From NCBI GenBank assembly GCA_032015805.1, contig DALZRX010000001.1, positions 2,939-66,938 on the forward strand: 64,000 nucleotides of DNA. Direction: 5' to 3'. The notes below the pieces were generated by a model. That model was not told the DNA's origin. It did not search any database and saw only the letters and a list, made by a program, of their open reading frames with translations. The position numbers were made by a program, and so were the translations under genes. This DNA is from Achromobacter sp. Its GTDB lineage: Bacteria; Pseudomonadota; Gammaproteobacteria; Burkholderiales; Burkholderiaceae_B. Below, piece by piece: positions 20,298 through 30,099 of this stretch. Each line of letters begins with the position of its first letter. Position 1 is the stretch's first letter.

Positions 20298-21839
20298 CTA
20301 TTTGCGGCGAAACAGGCGGCTGAGGATCCCACGCGGCGCGGTTGCGGCCTGTTCCGCAGCCAGCGCATTCTGCATCGACAGCTCCTGGAACTGAGGCCTG
20401 CCGTTCTGTTGGTACGAGGCGGACGCTTGGCGGAATGCCAATGCCGATTCCGCATGACGCTTCATGTGCCCGTAGATTTCCCCGCGCGAGAACAGCGCCC
20501 AGCTGCGGTAGTCGGGGTCCAGTGCAATAAGGCGGTCGCAGGCGGAAAGCGCCTCCTCATATCGGCCGGCGGCGATCAGCGCATTGACGCGCTCGGCGTG
20601 CAGGGGGCCGCTGTCCGGCCAGTGCGCCATCGCCCGGTCCGCGTCGGCCACGGCCTCGGTTGCACGCCCCAGGCGGGTCAGTGCCTCGATGCGTGCGCGG
20701 CGCCACTTCAGCCAATCCGGATCCAGCGAGATCGCCACCTCCGACAAGGGGAGGGCTTCATCGTAGCGTTCCAGCCTGTTCAACATATCGGCTGCGTTAC
20801 CGGGCAGGAAGTCGTTGTCGGGCGCGAGGTCGTAGCCGCGCAGGTAATAGGTCAGCGCCGCTTCCCAGCGGCGCTGGTCGCGCTGTGCGTTGCCGGCGAC
20901 GAACAGCAACTGGGCGTCGCCGCTGGACAGCGGGTCCAGACCCTGCAACGCCTGTTCAGCCAACTCGGGGTCGCCGCTGCGCACAAACTCGCGGGCCTGC
21001 TCCTTGCGGCCTTCCCAGCCGCTGTCCGAGAGCGCGTCCAGGCGCCGCCACAGCGGCGCCGCCTCGTCGGCTCGGCCCAGGCGGTGCAGGGAGCGGGCCT
21101 TGCCCTCGAGGGGCCAGTCCCAGTCGGGTTCGCGGCGTAGCAGGCTGGTCCATTCCTCCACCGCGTCTTCATGGCGTTCGAGCGCTTGCAGGCACGAGGC
21201 GCGATTGTGCTGGATGGCGTTTTGCTCGCCCAGGATGGCGCGGGCGCGGTCGAACATGGCGATGGCGTTGTTCAGGTCGCCCAAACGGCGGTAGTTGTTG
21301 CCGGCGTCGTAAAGAAAGCCGCCGTTGTTGGGCGCCAGCGCCACGGCGCGCTGATGGTAGGGCAGGGCGTCCTGGTAGCGGCCTGCGTTGTGCAGGTTGG
21401 AACCTATATAACAATGCGGCGCCGCGGCATATGGGCGCATTTGCGAGGCGCGGGTCCAGCTTGCGATGGCGTCGTCCAATTGACCGTCGTTGATCAGGAG
21501 GTAGCCCTCGGCCATCAGCAATCCGAAGTGCGACGGCGCACGTTTCAGGGCCTCGCGCAGGATGCGCCAGGCTTGCTGCTGTTGGCCCGCGTCGTAGAGC
21601 GCGGTGACACGCAAGCGAATGGCGTCGCCGCATTGCGGATCCAGCGCCAACGCGCGGTCCACGTCTGCGTCACGCTGTGCGTACGCGCCGCGCTGGTCGT
21701 GATAGCGGGCGCGCGATGCCCACAGGACGGCGAGGTCTGGCTGCTCGCGCAGTCCTTGCTCGCACAAGGCAAGCATTTGGGCAAGGTCGCCGCCGTCATC
21801 GGCGCGGTGGATGGATTCGATCAGGCTGGACATGCGCAA
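20298..21839 (-). CDS. All-TPR protein
   Basis: Repeated TPR-like helix pairs (ALALDP, AVALAP, AISLDP, LIALDP). Confidence 0.85.
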   Translation of the reverse strand: MRMSSLIESIHRADDGGDLAQMLALCEQGLREQPDLAVLWASRARYHDQRGAYAQRDADVDRALALDPQCGDAIRLRVTALYDAGQQQQAWRILREALKRAPSHFGLLMAEGYLLINDGQLDDAIASWTRASQMRPYAAAPHCYIGSNLHNAGRYQDALPYHQRAVALAPNNGGFLYDAGNNYRRLGDLNNAIAMFDRARAILGEQNAIQHNRASCLQALERHEDAVEEWTSLLRREPDWDWPLEGKARSLHRLGRADEAAPLWRRLDALSDSGWEGRKEQAREFVRSGDPELAEQALQGLDPLSSGDAQLLFVAGNAQRDQRRWEAALTYYLRGYDLAPDNDFLPGNAADMLNRLERYDEALPLSEVAISLDPDWLKWRRARIEALTRLGRATEAVADADRAMAHWPDSGPLHAERVNALIAAGRYEEALSACDRLIALDPDYRSWALFSRGEIYGHMKRHAESALAFRQASASYQQNGRPQFQELSMQNALAAEQAATAPRGILSRLFRRK

Positions 21840-21862
21840 GGTTCCCTATTCGGTAGGTCGGA

Positions 21863-22927
21863 TTAGCGCGCCAGGGCGCCGGCTTCGTGACGGCAACTGT
21901 AGGGACGGTCTTCGCGCGGGATGTCGTCGCTGCCGCATCGCCAGCGGCGCACGCCGCCGCCTTTCTTTTCGGACCTCAGCTCGGGAAGATAGACCAGGTG
22001 CTTGCCGCCCAGCGATGGGGAGTCCGCCGTGCCCGGATCGCCCGCGATGGTGAAGCGCAGCACCCCATTGACGGGATTCATCTCCAGATTGCTGAAGCCG
22101 CTGGTGTGCAGCGATTCAAGCGTCACGCCGATGGCGGCCATGTCGGGCGCAAACGTTTTGGTGCGCTGATAGTGGCTTTCCGCGAGCAGGCGCACGGGGT
22201 CCGACACCAGATCCAGGTGTATGACGTTGTCGCGCAGCGGATTGTCGCCGTCATCCTTGTCCAGGGCGACCACCGCGATCACCATGCCGCCCAGGACCAG
22301 CCCCACCATGCCGAACACGATGAACAGAAAGCGGCCGGCGCCCGTGACGGCGGGGGCCCGAGCCAGCGCGGGCAGCACGGCCCGGGGATTGGCCTGGCTG
22401 GACACCACGTGCGTGCCGGCCAGGGAGTTGTGCATGGCGCGCTCGCCAAAAACGGCCTGCTGTATATGGTGAAAGATGCCGGGTAGCGCCATGTTCAGCG
22501 TGTACTTCAGGGTATGCCGCCAGATCGAGCGCAGCAGTCCCGGTGAGCCGCCCTTGCGCGTCACCACCCGCTGCTTCAAGAGACGCTTGCCGGGGGATCC
22601 ATTACCCCAGGCGTCCATGAAGGCGGGCAGCAGCAAGCCCAGCAGCCCGGCAGCTATTGCCAGCAGCGCGGGCCGGTCTGCGCCCGTCAGGCCTTGATAG
22701 GTGTATGAGGCGGCCATGGACAGACCGACCGTCGCCGTCGCCATGACGAGACCGTCGACCGCGGTGGCGGCCAGCCGTGCCCAGATGCTGGGAAAGACAG
22801 GGGCATTGCCGACCGGGGCGGGGCGCTGGGCGGGCGTCTGCGGGGAAGTGACCGGCAGGGGGGTGTTGCAGCTGAAGCACAGCTTGTTGGCGGCCGGATT
22901 CTGCCAGTTGCAGCGGGGGCATTGCAT
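21863..22927 (-). CDS. Zinc-ribbon + RDD + pilin-like C-terminal domain protein
   Basis: CPRC..CFSC; RDD motifs WARLAATAVD, SPGKRLL, HNSLAGTHVV; C-terminal WRCGS..RPYSCR like a type IV pilin D-region. Confidence 0.8.
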   Translation of the reverse strand: MQCPRCNWQNPAANKLCFSCNTPLPVTSPQTPAQRPAPVGNAPVFPSIWARLAATAVDGLVMATATVGLSMAASYTYQGLTGADRPALLAIAAGLLGLLLPAFMDAWGNGSPGKRLLKQRVVTRKGGSPGLLRSIWRHTLKYTLNMALPGIFHHIQQAVFGERAMHNSLAGTHVVSSQANPRAVLPALARAPAVTGAGRFLFIVFGMVGLVLGGMVIAVVALDKDDGDNPLRDNVIHLDLVSDPVRLLAESHYQRTKTFAPDMAAIGVTLESLHTSGFSNLEMNPVNGVLRFTIAGDPGTADSPSLGGKHLVYLPELRSEKKGGGVRRWRCGSDDIPREDRPYSCRHEAGALAR

Positions 22928-23011
22928 GGGGATTGGAGGCTGGGGGCTGAAGCCGGTCTGAGCGGCAGGACTGCGGATGATACCCATGTCGCCCTGATCG
23001 GGCGAGTGCGC

Positions 23012-23257
23012 GACGGCACCATGCCCGAGACCGATCAATTGATGCCTTCGGCTAACGGCTATTACGACATTCCGAAGCAAAAGGACGGCTCGATTGAAAT
23101 ATGGTTCGGCCCGGAGAAGCCGGCGGACGTCGTGGACGCCGCCTTCATCAAGACCATTCCGGAGCGCGATTTCCTGGTCACGTTGCGACTTTACGGGGCC
23201 GAGGATGCTTTCTACGACCAGACGTGGAAGCCGGACGATGTGGTCAAGGTGAAGTGA
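23012..23257 (+). pseudogene. C-terminal fragment of a DUF1254/DUF1214 gene
   Basis: DGTMPETDQLMPS...WKPDDVVKVK nearly identical in protein to the end of 40016..41506; upstream part missing. Confidence 0.85.
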
Positions 23258-24194
23258 ATGACTTGCCGGGTTGCCGAACGGACGATCCCGAAGAAGAGCA
23301 TTCCTCTGACGCCTGCGCTCCGATCCACTCCCTAAATTGGGCCAGCGGCGGGTAATTGGAGCGGTCTTGACGGTAGACGAGGTAATACCCGAGCGGATCT
23401 GGCATGTCGCCCGTCATCGCAATCTCTACCGTGCCAGCACGAAGTTCGTCTTCGACAAAGGCATGCGGCACCAGGCCGATGCCGATTCCGGCGATGACGG
23501 CTTGAATGAGGTGGGAGGTGAGTTCGAAGTCTGGCCCCGAGCGCAGGCGGCTGGCCGGGATGCCGCGGGCGGCAAACCAGCGCGTCCAATTTTCGGGACG
23601 TGCCTTTACGCGCAACAGCAAGTGGCGCGACAGGTCGCGCGGCTCGGTCAGGGCTGCGGCGGCACGCAACGCCGGACTGATGATGGGCACCAGGCGCTCC
23701 TCCATCAAAAGATGCGCGCGGCATCCCGGCCATAGTCCATCGCCCACCGCGATGTAGGCGTCCATGCCTGAGCGCTCCAGATCGATCTGGCCGACCTTGG
23801 AGTGGATGTGCACCTGGACCTGGCCGTGGCGCTTGTAGAAGTCGCTGAGCCGCGGCAGCAGCCACTTGGTGCCGAAGATCGGCAGCACGGCCAGATGCAG
23901 CGACCCGGCGCCATGGCGAAACGCGATGGCCTGTAGCGTGGCGTTGCGGATACCCGCCAGTTGGTGGGCAAGCTCGCGCTGGTACATCGCGCCCACTTCG
24001 GTCAGCTCGATGCGGCGTCCGGCGCGGATGAAAAGCTCGACGTCGATCAGCGCCTCCAGCGCCTGCACCTGCTTGCTGATGGCGCTTTGCGTGGTCGACA
24101 GCTCCTGCGCCGCGCGAGTGAAACTCTGATGGCGCGCGGCGGCTTCGAACGCCAGCAGCAAGGACATCGACGGGGTCAGCTTGCGCGGATTCAT
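23244..24194 (-). CDS. LysR family regulator (GcvA-like)
   Basis: FEAAARHQSFTRAAQEL..TQSAISKQV, KWLLPRL. Confidence 0.93.
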   Translation of the reverse strand: MNPRKLTPSMSLLLAFEAAARHQSFTRAAQELSTTQSAISKQVQALEALIDVELFIRAGRRIELTEVGAMYQRELAHQLAGIRNATLQAIAFRHGAGSLHLAVLPIFGTKWLLPRLSDFYKRHGQVQVHIHSKVGQIDLERSGMDAYIAVGDGLWPGCRAHLLMEERLVPIISPALRAAAALTEPRDLSRHLLLRVKARPENWTRWFAARGIPASRLRSGPDFELTSHLIQAVIAGIGIGLVPHAFVEDELRAGTVEIAMTGDMPDPLGYYLVYRQDRSNYPPLAQFREWIGAQASEECSSSGSSVRQPGKSFTSP

Positions 24195-24387
24195 TCCATT
24201 TTCTCTTGAAAATCCCGAAAAAGACTCGTTTGCCGCATACCGTGCGACGCCGCAGAATAACGTATATCAAGGCCCTGACGCATCGCCGGAAGCCAGACGG
24301 CTCGGGAACCATATTCTGTGGATTCGTGCAGACGATGCGGGCCAACCCTTGCGCGGCGCGCAGCGCCTCGCCTTCTGGAGCAGTAGC

Positions 24388-25173
24388 ATGGATCTCGGAA
24401 TCAAAGACAAGGTGGCCCTGGTATTGGGCGCGGGCGGCGGCCTAGGCGGTGCGATCGCCACTGCCCTGGCGGCCGAAGGTGCGAAGGTTGTTGTGGCGGA
24501 CATCGACCCGCAGGCCGCCGCACGCACGGCCGAAGCCGTGACGGCTGCTGGTGGCAAGGCGCTGGCATTGCCCTGGGACCTGGCGGATCTGGCCGCCATC
24601 GACGGGCACGTCGGCCGCATCGAATCCGAACTCGGCCCCGTCGATATCCTGGTCAACAACACGGGCGGTCCCCCGCCCACCCCGGCATCGGGTCAGCCTG
24701 CCGACACCTGGCGCAAGTTTTTCGACAGCATGGTGCTGCCGGTCTATGCCATCACCGACCGCGTGCTGCCCGGCATGCGGGAGCGCGGCTGGGGCCGCGT
24801 GATCACCAGCACCTCGTCGGGCGTGATCGCGCCGATTCCGAATCTCGGGATTTCGAACTCGCTGCGCCTGGCCATTGTGGGCTGGTCCAAGACGCTCGCC
24901 CGCGAAGTCGGCAAGGATGGCGTCACCGTCAACATCGTGCTGCCGGGGCGCATCGCCACCGACCGCATCCAGTTCCTCGACGAAGCTCGCGCCAAGCGGG
25001 AAAACCGCAGCGTGGAATCCGTGTCGGCCGAGAGCACGGCCAGCATCCCGGTGGGCCGTTACGGCAAGCCCGAGGAGTACGGCAGTGTGGTCGCCTTCCT
25101 GGCGAGCCAGCAGGCCAGCTACCTGACGGGCTCGACCCTCCGCGTGGATGGCGGTTTCATCCAGAGCATCTGA
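24388..25173 (+). CDS. SDR oxidoreductase
   Basis: GAGGGLG, VNNTGGP, PGRIAT, VDGG; start MDLGIKDK with GGAG RBS. Confidence 0.92.
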   Translation: MDLGIKDKVALVLGAGGGLGGAIATALAAEGAKVVVADIDPQAAARTAEAVTAAGGKALALPWDLADLAAIDGHVGRIESELGPVDILVNNTGGPPPTPASGQPADTWRKFFDSMVLPVYAITDRVLPGMRERGWGRVITSTSSGVIAPIPNLGISNSLRLAIVGWSKTLAREVGKDGVTVNIVLPGRIATDRIQFLDEARAKRENRSVESVSAESTASIPVGRYGKPEEYGSVVAFLASQQASYLTGSTLRVDGGFIQSI

Positions 25174-25206
25174 TTGACCTGAAAGCACACTCGCAAGGAG
25201 CTGAAC

Positions 25207-26145
25207 ATGCCTCTCACCGCCGACGCCAAGGGCGTCTATCCCATCGCGCCGACGCCGTTCTTCGACGACGGCCGCATCGACACCGCATCGATCGACCGCA
25301 TGATGGACTTCTATCACGCCTGCGGTTCCACCGGTCTGACCGTGCTGGGCCAGCTTGGCGAAGCACAAAAGCTCGAGCATGCGGAATCGCTCGCCGTCGC
25401 CAGCCAGGTCATTGGCCGCGCAGGCGATCTGCCTGTGATCGTGGGCGTGTCTGCGCCGGGCTTCGCAGCCATGCGCGCCCTGACGCATGAAGTGATGGCG
25501 CGCGGCGCGGCCGGCGTCATGATCGCCCCGCCCAACACGCTGCGCACCGACGATCAGATCGTCAATTACTACCGCCAGGCTGTCGAGTCCATTGGCGCCG
25601 ACGTTCCCTTTGTGCTGCAGGACTATCCGCTCACGTTCTCGGTGCAGATGAGCCCGGGCGTCATCAAGCGCATCGTTGACGAATTGCCGTCGTGCGTCAT
25701 GCTCAAGCACGAAGACTGGCCTGGCCTGGAGAAAATCTCCACGCTTCGCGGCTTTGAACGCGACGGCAAGATGCGCCACATCTCTATCTTGTGTGGCAAC
25801 AACGGCCTCTTCCTGGACTACGAGATGGAGCGGGGCGCGGACGGCGCCAACACCGGCTATTGCTTCCCCGACATGCTGTGCGACGTGGTGCGGCTGAACG
25901 CCGAAGGCGACCGCGAGGCCGCGCATGACCTGTTCGATGCGCACCTTCCGCTGCTGCGCTATGAGCAGCAGCCGGGCGTCGGACTGGCCGTGCGCAAATA
26001 TGTGCTGATGCGTCGCGGCATTCTGAGCTCCGCCGCACAGCGCAGGCCAGCCAGTGCCATGTCGGCTCAGGCACGCGAAGAGGTGAACCACTTGCTTGCC
26101 CGGCTCGCCAGGAAGGATTCGCGCGCGGCGAATCTGGTCAAGTAA
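25207..26145 (+). CDS. DapA/DHDPS-family class I aldolase or dehydratase
   Basis: PTPF, LGQLGE, QDYP, Schiff-base KHED. Confidence 0.9.
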   Translation: MPLTADAKGVYPIAPTPFFDDGRIDTASIDRMMDFYHACGSTGLTVLGQLGEAQKLEHAESLAVASQVIGRAGDLPVIVGVSAPGFAAMRALTHEVMARGAAGVMIAPPNTLRTDDQIVNYYRQAVESIGADVPFVLQDYPLTFSVQMSPGVIKRIVDELPSCVMLKHEDWPGLEKISTLRGFERDGKMRHISILCGNNGLFLDYEMERGADGANTGYCFPDMLCDVVRLNAEGDREAAHDLFDAHLPLLRYEQQPGVGLAVRKYVLMRRGILSSAAQRRPASAMSAQAREEVNHLLARLARKDSRAANLVK

Positions 26146-26266
26146 ACAGACTTGGCTGTCGAGCTGTCAATCTGTCGCGGACCCACCCAGCGTTGGCGTG
26201 GGTCCGTCTGCGCCATGGCCTGACGACGCGGCGGCATCCACCTTCAGGCGACCGCCGCAGGGATGC

Positions 26267-27130
26267 CTAGCGTCTAGGGTATGAACCCAGTAGTCGGATT
26301 TGTGGATTGGCGCTCAAGAAAGAGGCCAGAGGCTCTTCCTTGGCGTGGCCATCGACCTCGATCAGGTATCGGTGCGTGTCCAAGGTCTTTTTGCTGGGCC
26401 TTTCATAAATCGTAAGGACCGGCACTTTCGCAGTGACCAACGCCGCAAGCGCTGCATTGAATTCATCGTCGGACGTGTTCAGCAGCAAGGACGTCTTGTC
26501 CTTCCCACTGGGCGCGGGCATGGAACGCCCAAGCACCCACCATCGGGTCACGTTGTGCGGCCCCTCCTCAATGCCGTCAACCAAAGGAACGAGCGAATAC
26601 ACCGAGGCGCCGACCTTGGGACCAAAGGATGCCTTGTCGTTGGTTTCACTGCCCGCCACGGTCTTCGCCGCAGCGCCTCCGCTGGCGGCCTCAGTGCGCT
26701 TGGTCGTGGGCATCTCCCGTTCCAGCCAAGGTTTCACCTCTTCGAACGCCACCGGGTGTGCAAGCACCTCCTTGACGTCGGACAGCTTCGTGCCAGGCTT
26801 GGCAAGCAAGCTGTAGCCCAGCATCTTGGGATACTCCGCGACAATCACGACATCAGGCAAGTCCAGCACTGCATCCATGTACGGCGTCACCCCGACGACG
26901 GATGTCGTAACGGGAACGCAGGCCCGTTCAAGGCTGCCGGACTGATAGCCGCTGAAAAGTTCATCGCGTGAGAGGGCGACGAGTTCGCTGGCGCCAAACA
27001 AGTCGAGGCACGCCTGGTGAGTCCACGACCCAGCAGGCCCGAGATAACCAATTTGTCCAGCCAGGCTTGAAGACATGGATGCCACCAGTATGGAAAAGCC
27101 GGCCGCGGCCGACAGGAATTTATGGTTCAA
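26267..27130 (-). CDS. Prephenate dehydratase-like protein (PDT + ACT) with N-terminal signal peptide
   Basis: GYLGPAGS, HPVA, NVTRW, IYERP..YLIEVDGH, LGSYP; TTG start with AAGGGG RBS. Confidence 0.8.
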   Translation of the reverse strand: MNHKFLSAAAGFSILVASMSSSLAGQIGYLGPAGSWTHQACLDLFGASELVALSRDELFSGYQSGSLERACVPVTTSVVGVTPYMDAVLDLPDVVIVAEYPKMLGYSLLAKPGTKLSDVKEVLAHPVAFEEVKPWLEREMPTTKRTEAASGGAAAKTVAGSETNDKASFGPKVGASVYSLVPLVDGIEEGPHNVTRWWVLGRSMPAPSGKDKTSLLLNTSDDEFNAALAALVTAKVPVLTIYERPSKKTLDTHRYLIEVDGHAKEEPLASFLSANPQIRLLGSYPRR

Positions 27131-27189
27131 GATTGTCCCCTTGAAAATTGGCAGTGACGAAATGCATGGGGGCCATTGTGCGACTGGAA

Positions 27190-28071
27190 CTATCTCGCAG
27201 CTTCTTCCAATATCCATTCCATGAACATGCTCACCCCAGGCCGATCAGTCGCGCCTGGCCGAGTCACCGCGTAATAGGCGAACCTTGCCGGCCACGGTTT
27301 GTCCAGCACCTGCACGAGCCGTCCCGCCGCGATTTCATTTTGCGCGTAGGCTTGCGGGACCAATGCCAAGCCCTGGCCGGCCTCCGCCGCGCGGATAAGC
27401 AAAAAATCATCTTCAAATGCGCTGCCGCGCTCTGCGCGTGCGTCCTCGGCGCCACCATGCGCCTTCAGCCAGAGCGGCCAATCAGCCCGGTCGGAATCGT
27501 GCAACAAAGGATAGTTCAGGCAATCCTGCGTCTCGCGGATGACGGCCTGGTGGCTCTCAAGAAATTCGGCTGAGGCCACAGGAATCAAAACCGGCGCCAT
27601 AAGCGGCGCGACATCCAGCCCGGGGTAGTCCCCAAGGCCGTGTCGCAAGGCCACATCCACGCGATCACGGTGCAGATCCACCAGCTCGGACGTCGCTTCC
27701 ACGCGGATTTCGACTTCAGGATGCAAACGCTTGAATTGCCCGAGCCTGGGGACGAGCCAGGACGCTGCAAATGTGGCGACGGTGCTAACCGTCAGGCTCA
27801 TTCTTTCCTTGGTCGCCTCCAATGCACGTACCGCGTGGTCGATCTGACGGAACGCATCCGACACTTTGGCATGGAAGCTGGCGCCGGCAGCAGTCAAGCG
27901 CATGCCTAGGCGCTCGCGCGTCAGCAAAACGACACCCAGCCGGTCTTCCAGCAATCGAATCTGTTGGCTGACAGCGCCCGGCGTCACGTGCAGAGCCTGC
28001 GCTGCTGCCTTGACGCTGCCCCGATGTCCGACTTCCACGAACGCGCGAAGCGCCTGTAAAGGGTAGTTCAT
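27190..28071 (-). CDS. LysR family regulator (GcvA-like)
   Basis: HVTPGAVSQQIRLLE, SWLVPRL, DVALRHG. Confidence 0.93.
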   Translation of the reverse strand: MNYPLQALRAFVEVGHRGSVKAAAQALHVTPGAVSQQIRLLEDRLGVVLLTRERLGMRLTAAGASFHAKVSDAFRQIDHAVRALEATKERMSLTVSTVATFAASWLVPRLGQFKRLHPEVEIRVEATSELVDLHRDRVDVALRHGLGDYPGLDVAPLMAPVLIPVASAEFLESHQAVIRETQDCLNYPLLHDSDRADWPLWLKAHGGAEDARAERGSAFEDDFLLIRAAEAGQGLALVPQAYAQNEIAAGRLVQVLDKPWPARFAYYAVTRPGATDRPGVSMFMEWILEEAAR

Positions 28072-28077
28072 TCAGAG

Positions 28078-28092
28078 TTTAGATTTACTAAA
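28078..28092. promoter_or_regulatory. LysR T-N11-A box
   Basis: TTTAG-ATTTA-CTAAA palindrome in AT-rich divergent promoter; similar copy TTTAG-TTTAT-CTATA at 28180-28194. Confidence 0.6.
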
Positions 28093-28200
28093 TATATAGA
28101 GAAGCAATCATCGCTTTAGATGACGTGCGTTATCGATGAGAATTTGGGATCAGCGTAGTTGATTAACGTAACCGCTTAATTTAGTTTATCTATAAACAGC

Positions 28201-28824
28201 ATGTTGCATATCTATACCGATAGCTCGCCCAATGGTTTCAAGGCAACCATCGCGCTTGAAGAGCTTTCCTTGCCCTATCGCCTTCACCATGTGCGTATTG
28301 ATGACGGTGAGCATCGCCGATCAGACTTTCTGGCGCTCAATCCCCATGGTCGTATCCCTGTGCTGACGGACGGCGATGCCGGGATAGAACTTTTCGAGTC
28401 GGCAGCGATTCTTCTTTACCTGGCCGAGAAGACCGGAAAGCTGCTGCCCTCCGATCCGCGTTCGCGGTGGGAGGCGATCAAGTGGTTGCAGTTCCATGCA
28501 TCCAGCGTCGGTCCGATCCTGGGCCAACGCGTGCACTTCGAACTATTTGCGCCAGACGCCACGCCCTCGGCCATCGACCGATACCGCCAACTCACGGAAG
28601 AAGCGTTTTCCGTGCTGGATGGCGTGCTGGCAGACCGCCTCTATTTCGCCGGTGAAGACTATTCCATCGCCGACATCGCCCATTTCGGCTGGATGCACAT
28701 CGCGCGAATTGTCGGTTTCGACTTCAGCCGGCACCGCTACCTGAGCGCGTGGCATGAACGGGTCGCGGATCGACCCGCGGTGCGCAAGGGCATTACGTTG
28801 CCAGCTCCAGCTACAGGCGCATGA
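28201..28824 (+). CDS. Glutathione S-transferase family (YfcG/Nu-like)
   Basis: SPNG, NPHGRIP, FESAAIL, YSIADIA. Confidence 0.92.
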   Translation: MLHIYTDSSPNGFKATIALEELSLPYRLHHVRIDDGEHRRSDFLALNPHGRIPVLTDGDAGIELFESAAILLYLAEKTGKLLPSDPRSRWEAIKWLQFHASSVGPILGQRVHFELFAPDATPSAIDRYRQLTEEAFSVLDGVLADRLYFAGEDYSIADIAHFGWMHIARIVGFDFSRHRYLSAWHERVADRPAVRKGITLPAPATGA

Positions 28825-29879
28825 ATCCAATGTTGAATTCAATGAACGAAACCAACTTCCTCCAGCAGACTGGCGGCGCCCCGTTCGCGTCGTTTTACTC
28901 GCACGCGGGATACCGCCGCATGTTCGCGCCGGACCGGCTGACCGTTGGCATCTTCCTGCCGCTTCGGCCCTACGAAGGAAACATGAAGGTGCTTGCTGGC
29001 CAAGCCGATTTGGTCACTGAAATAGACAGGCGCGGCTTCGCCGCCGTGTGGGTACGCGATGTGCCCCTGTTCGACCCGTCATTCGGGGACGCGGGGCAGG
29101 TATTCGATCCCTTCACCTATCTTGCATTTCTTGCCGCGCGAACCAAGAACGTGGCGCTGGCGACGGGCAGTGCCGTCGTTTCCTTGCGCCATCCCATCGA
29201 TCTGGCCAAAGCAGCCGCCACTATCGATCAGCTTTCGGGCGGCCGCCTGGTAATGGGCGTGGCATCGGGCGACAGACCGATTGAGTTTCCCGCTTATGGC
29301 TTGGAGCACGCGACCCGCGCGGAGCGCTTTGCGCAGGCGGTCACCTACATTCGCCAACTCATGAATACGGGACCGTTGACGATTGATTCTCCCCTGGGCA
29401 GTTTCTCGGGCGCCGAGTTCCTGCCCAAGCCTGCCGCCGGAACCATTCCCATGATGGTGACCGGTTCGTCAGGCCAATCGCTGGCCTGGATTGCCGAACA
29501 TGCGGACGGCTGGCTGACATACCCGAATGCGACCCACACCGCTACGGGCCCTCAACACCTGGCCGAAAAGATCCGCGCCTGGCGAGCGCTCATCCCCGAC
29601 GGTGCGTTTCGCCCGCATATGACCAACGAGTGGCTCGATCTGGTAGATGATCCTGATTATCCCCGCACGCCGTTGCGCGGCGGTTATGTCCTGCGCACAG
29701 GGCGCAAGGGGTTGATCGCGCTGTTGGAAGCTTGGCAGGCGGCGGGGGTGAATCACGCCGCGCTTGGAATACAGTTTTCGCAGCGCACGCCGGCCGAAGT
29801 ACTGCAAGAGCTGTCCGAGGAAGTGTTGCCGCATTTTCCATCGCATCAGCCCGTGCCGTCGTCCGCCATTGGATGGTGA
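28821..29879 (+). CDS. Luciferase-like (LLM) flavin-dependent oxidoreductase
   Basis: WVRDVP, DPFTYL, LRHP, SGGRL..GVASGDRP. Confidence 0.9.
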   Translation: MNPMLNSMNETNFLQQTGGAPFASFYSHAGYRRMFAPDRLTVGIFLPLRPYEGNMKVLAGQADLVTEIDRRGFAAVWVRDVPLFDPSFGDAGQVFDPFTYLAFLAARTKNVALATGSAVVSLRHPIDLAKAAATIDQLSGGRLVMGVASGDRPIEFPAYGLEHATRAERFAQAVTYIRQLMNTGPLTIDSPLGSFSGAEFLPKPAAGTIPMMVTGSSGQSLAWIAEHADGWLTYPNATHTATGPQHLAEKIRAWRALIPDGAFRPHMTNEWLDLVDDPDYPRTPLRGGYVLRTGRKGLIALLEAWQAAGVNHAALGIQFSQRTPAEVLQELSEEVLPHFPSHQPVPSSAIGW

Positions 29880-29955
29880 AGATGGGGGATTCGCACCCGG
29901 GAGCGGCGTGTGATCGACTGCGTCGCCATGTCGTGTCGGGCTGCTGCTGCGGATG

Positions 29956-30013
29956 CCCCGCTCATGGCCGGGAACCGTCCTCGACGACATACCGCTCCCG
30001 ACGCAAAGCTGAC
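29956..30013. repeat. Pair of 24-bp palindromic motifs (+ at 29956-29979, - at 29990-30013)
   Basis: CCCCGCT-CA-TGGCCG-GG-AACCGTC and (rc) GTCAGCT-TT-GCGTCG-GG-AGCGGTA. Confidence 0.6.
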
Positions 30014-30099
30014 GATGAGCATCTTGCGCAAGTGCAGCGACGACGTGGCAGGCGTGAACAGGCGTACTTCACCTAAACTTGAGTTTTATGAAGGTTGCC

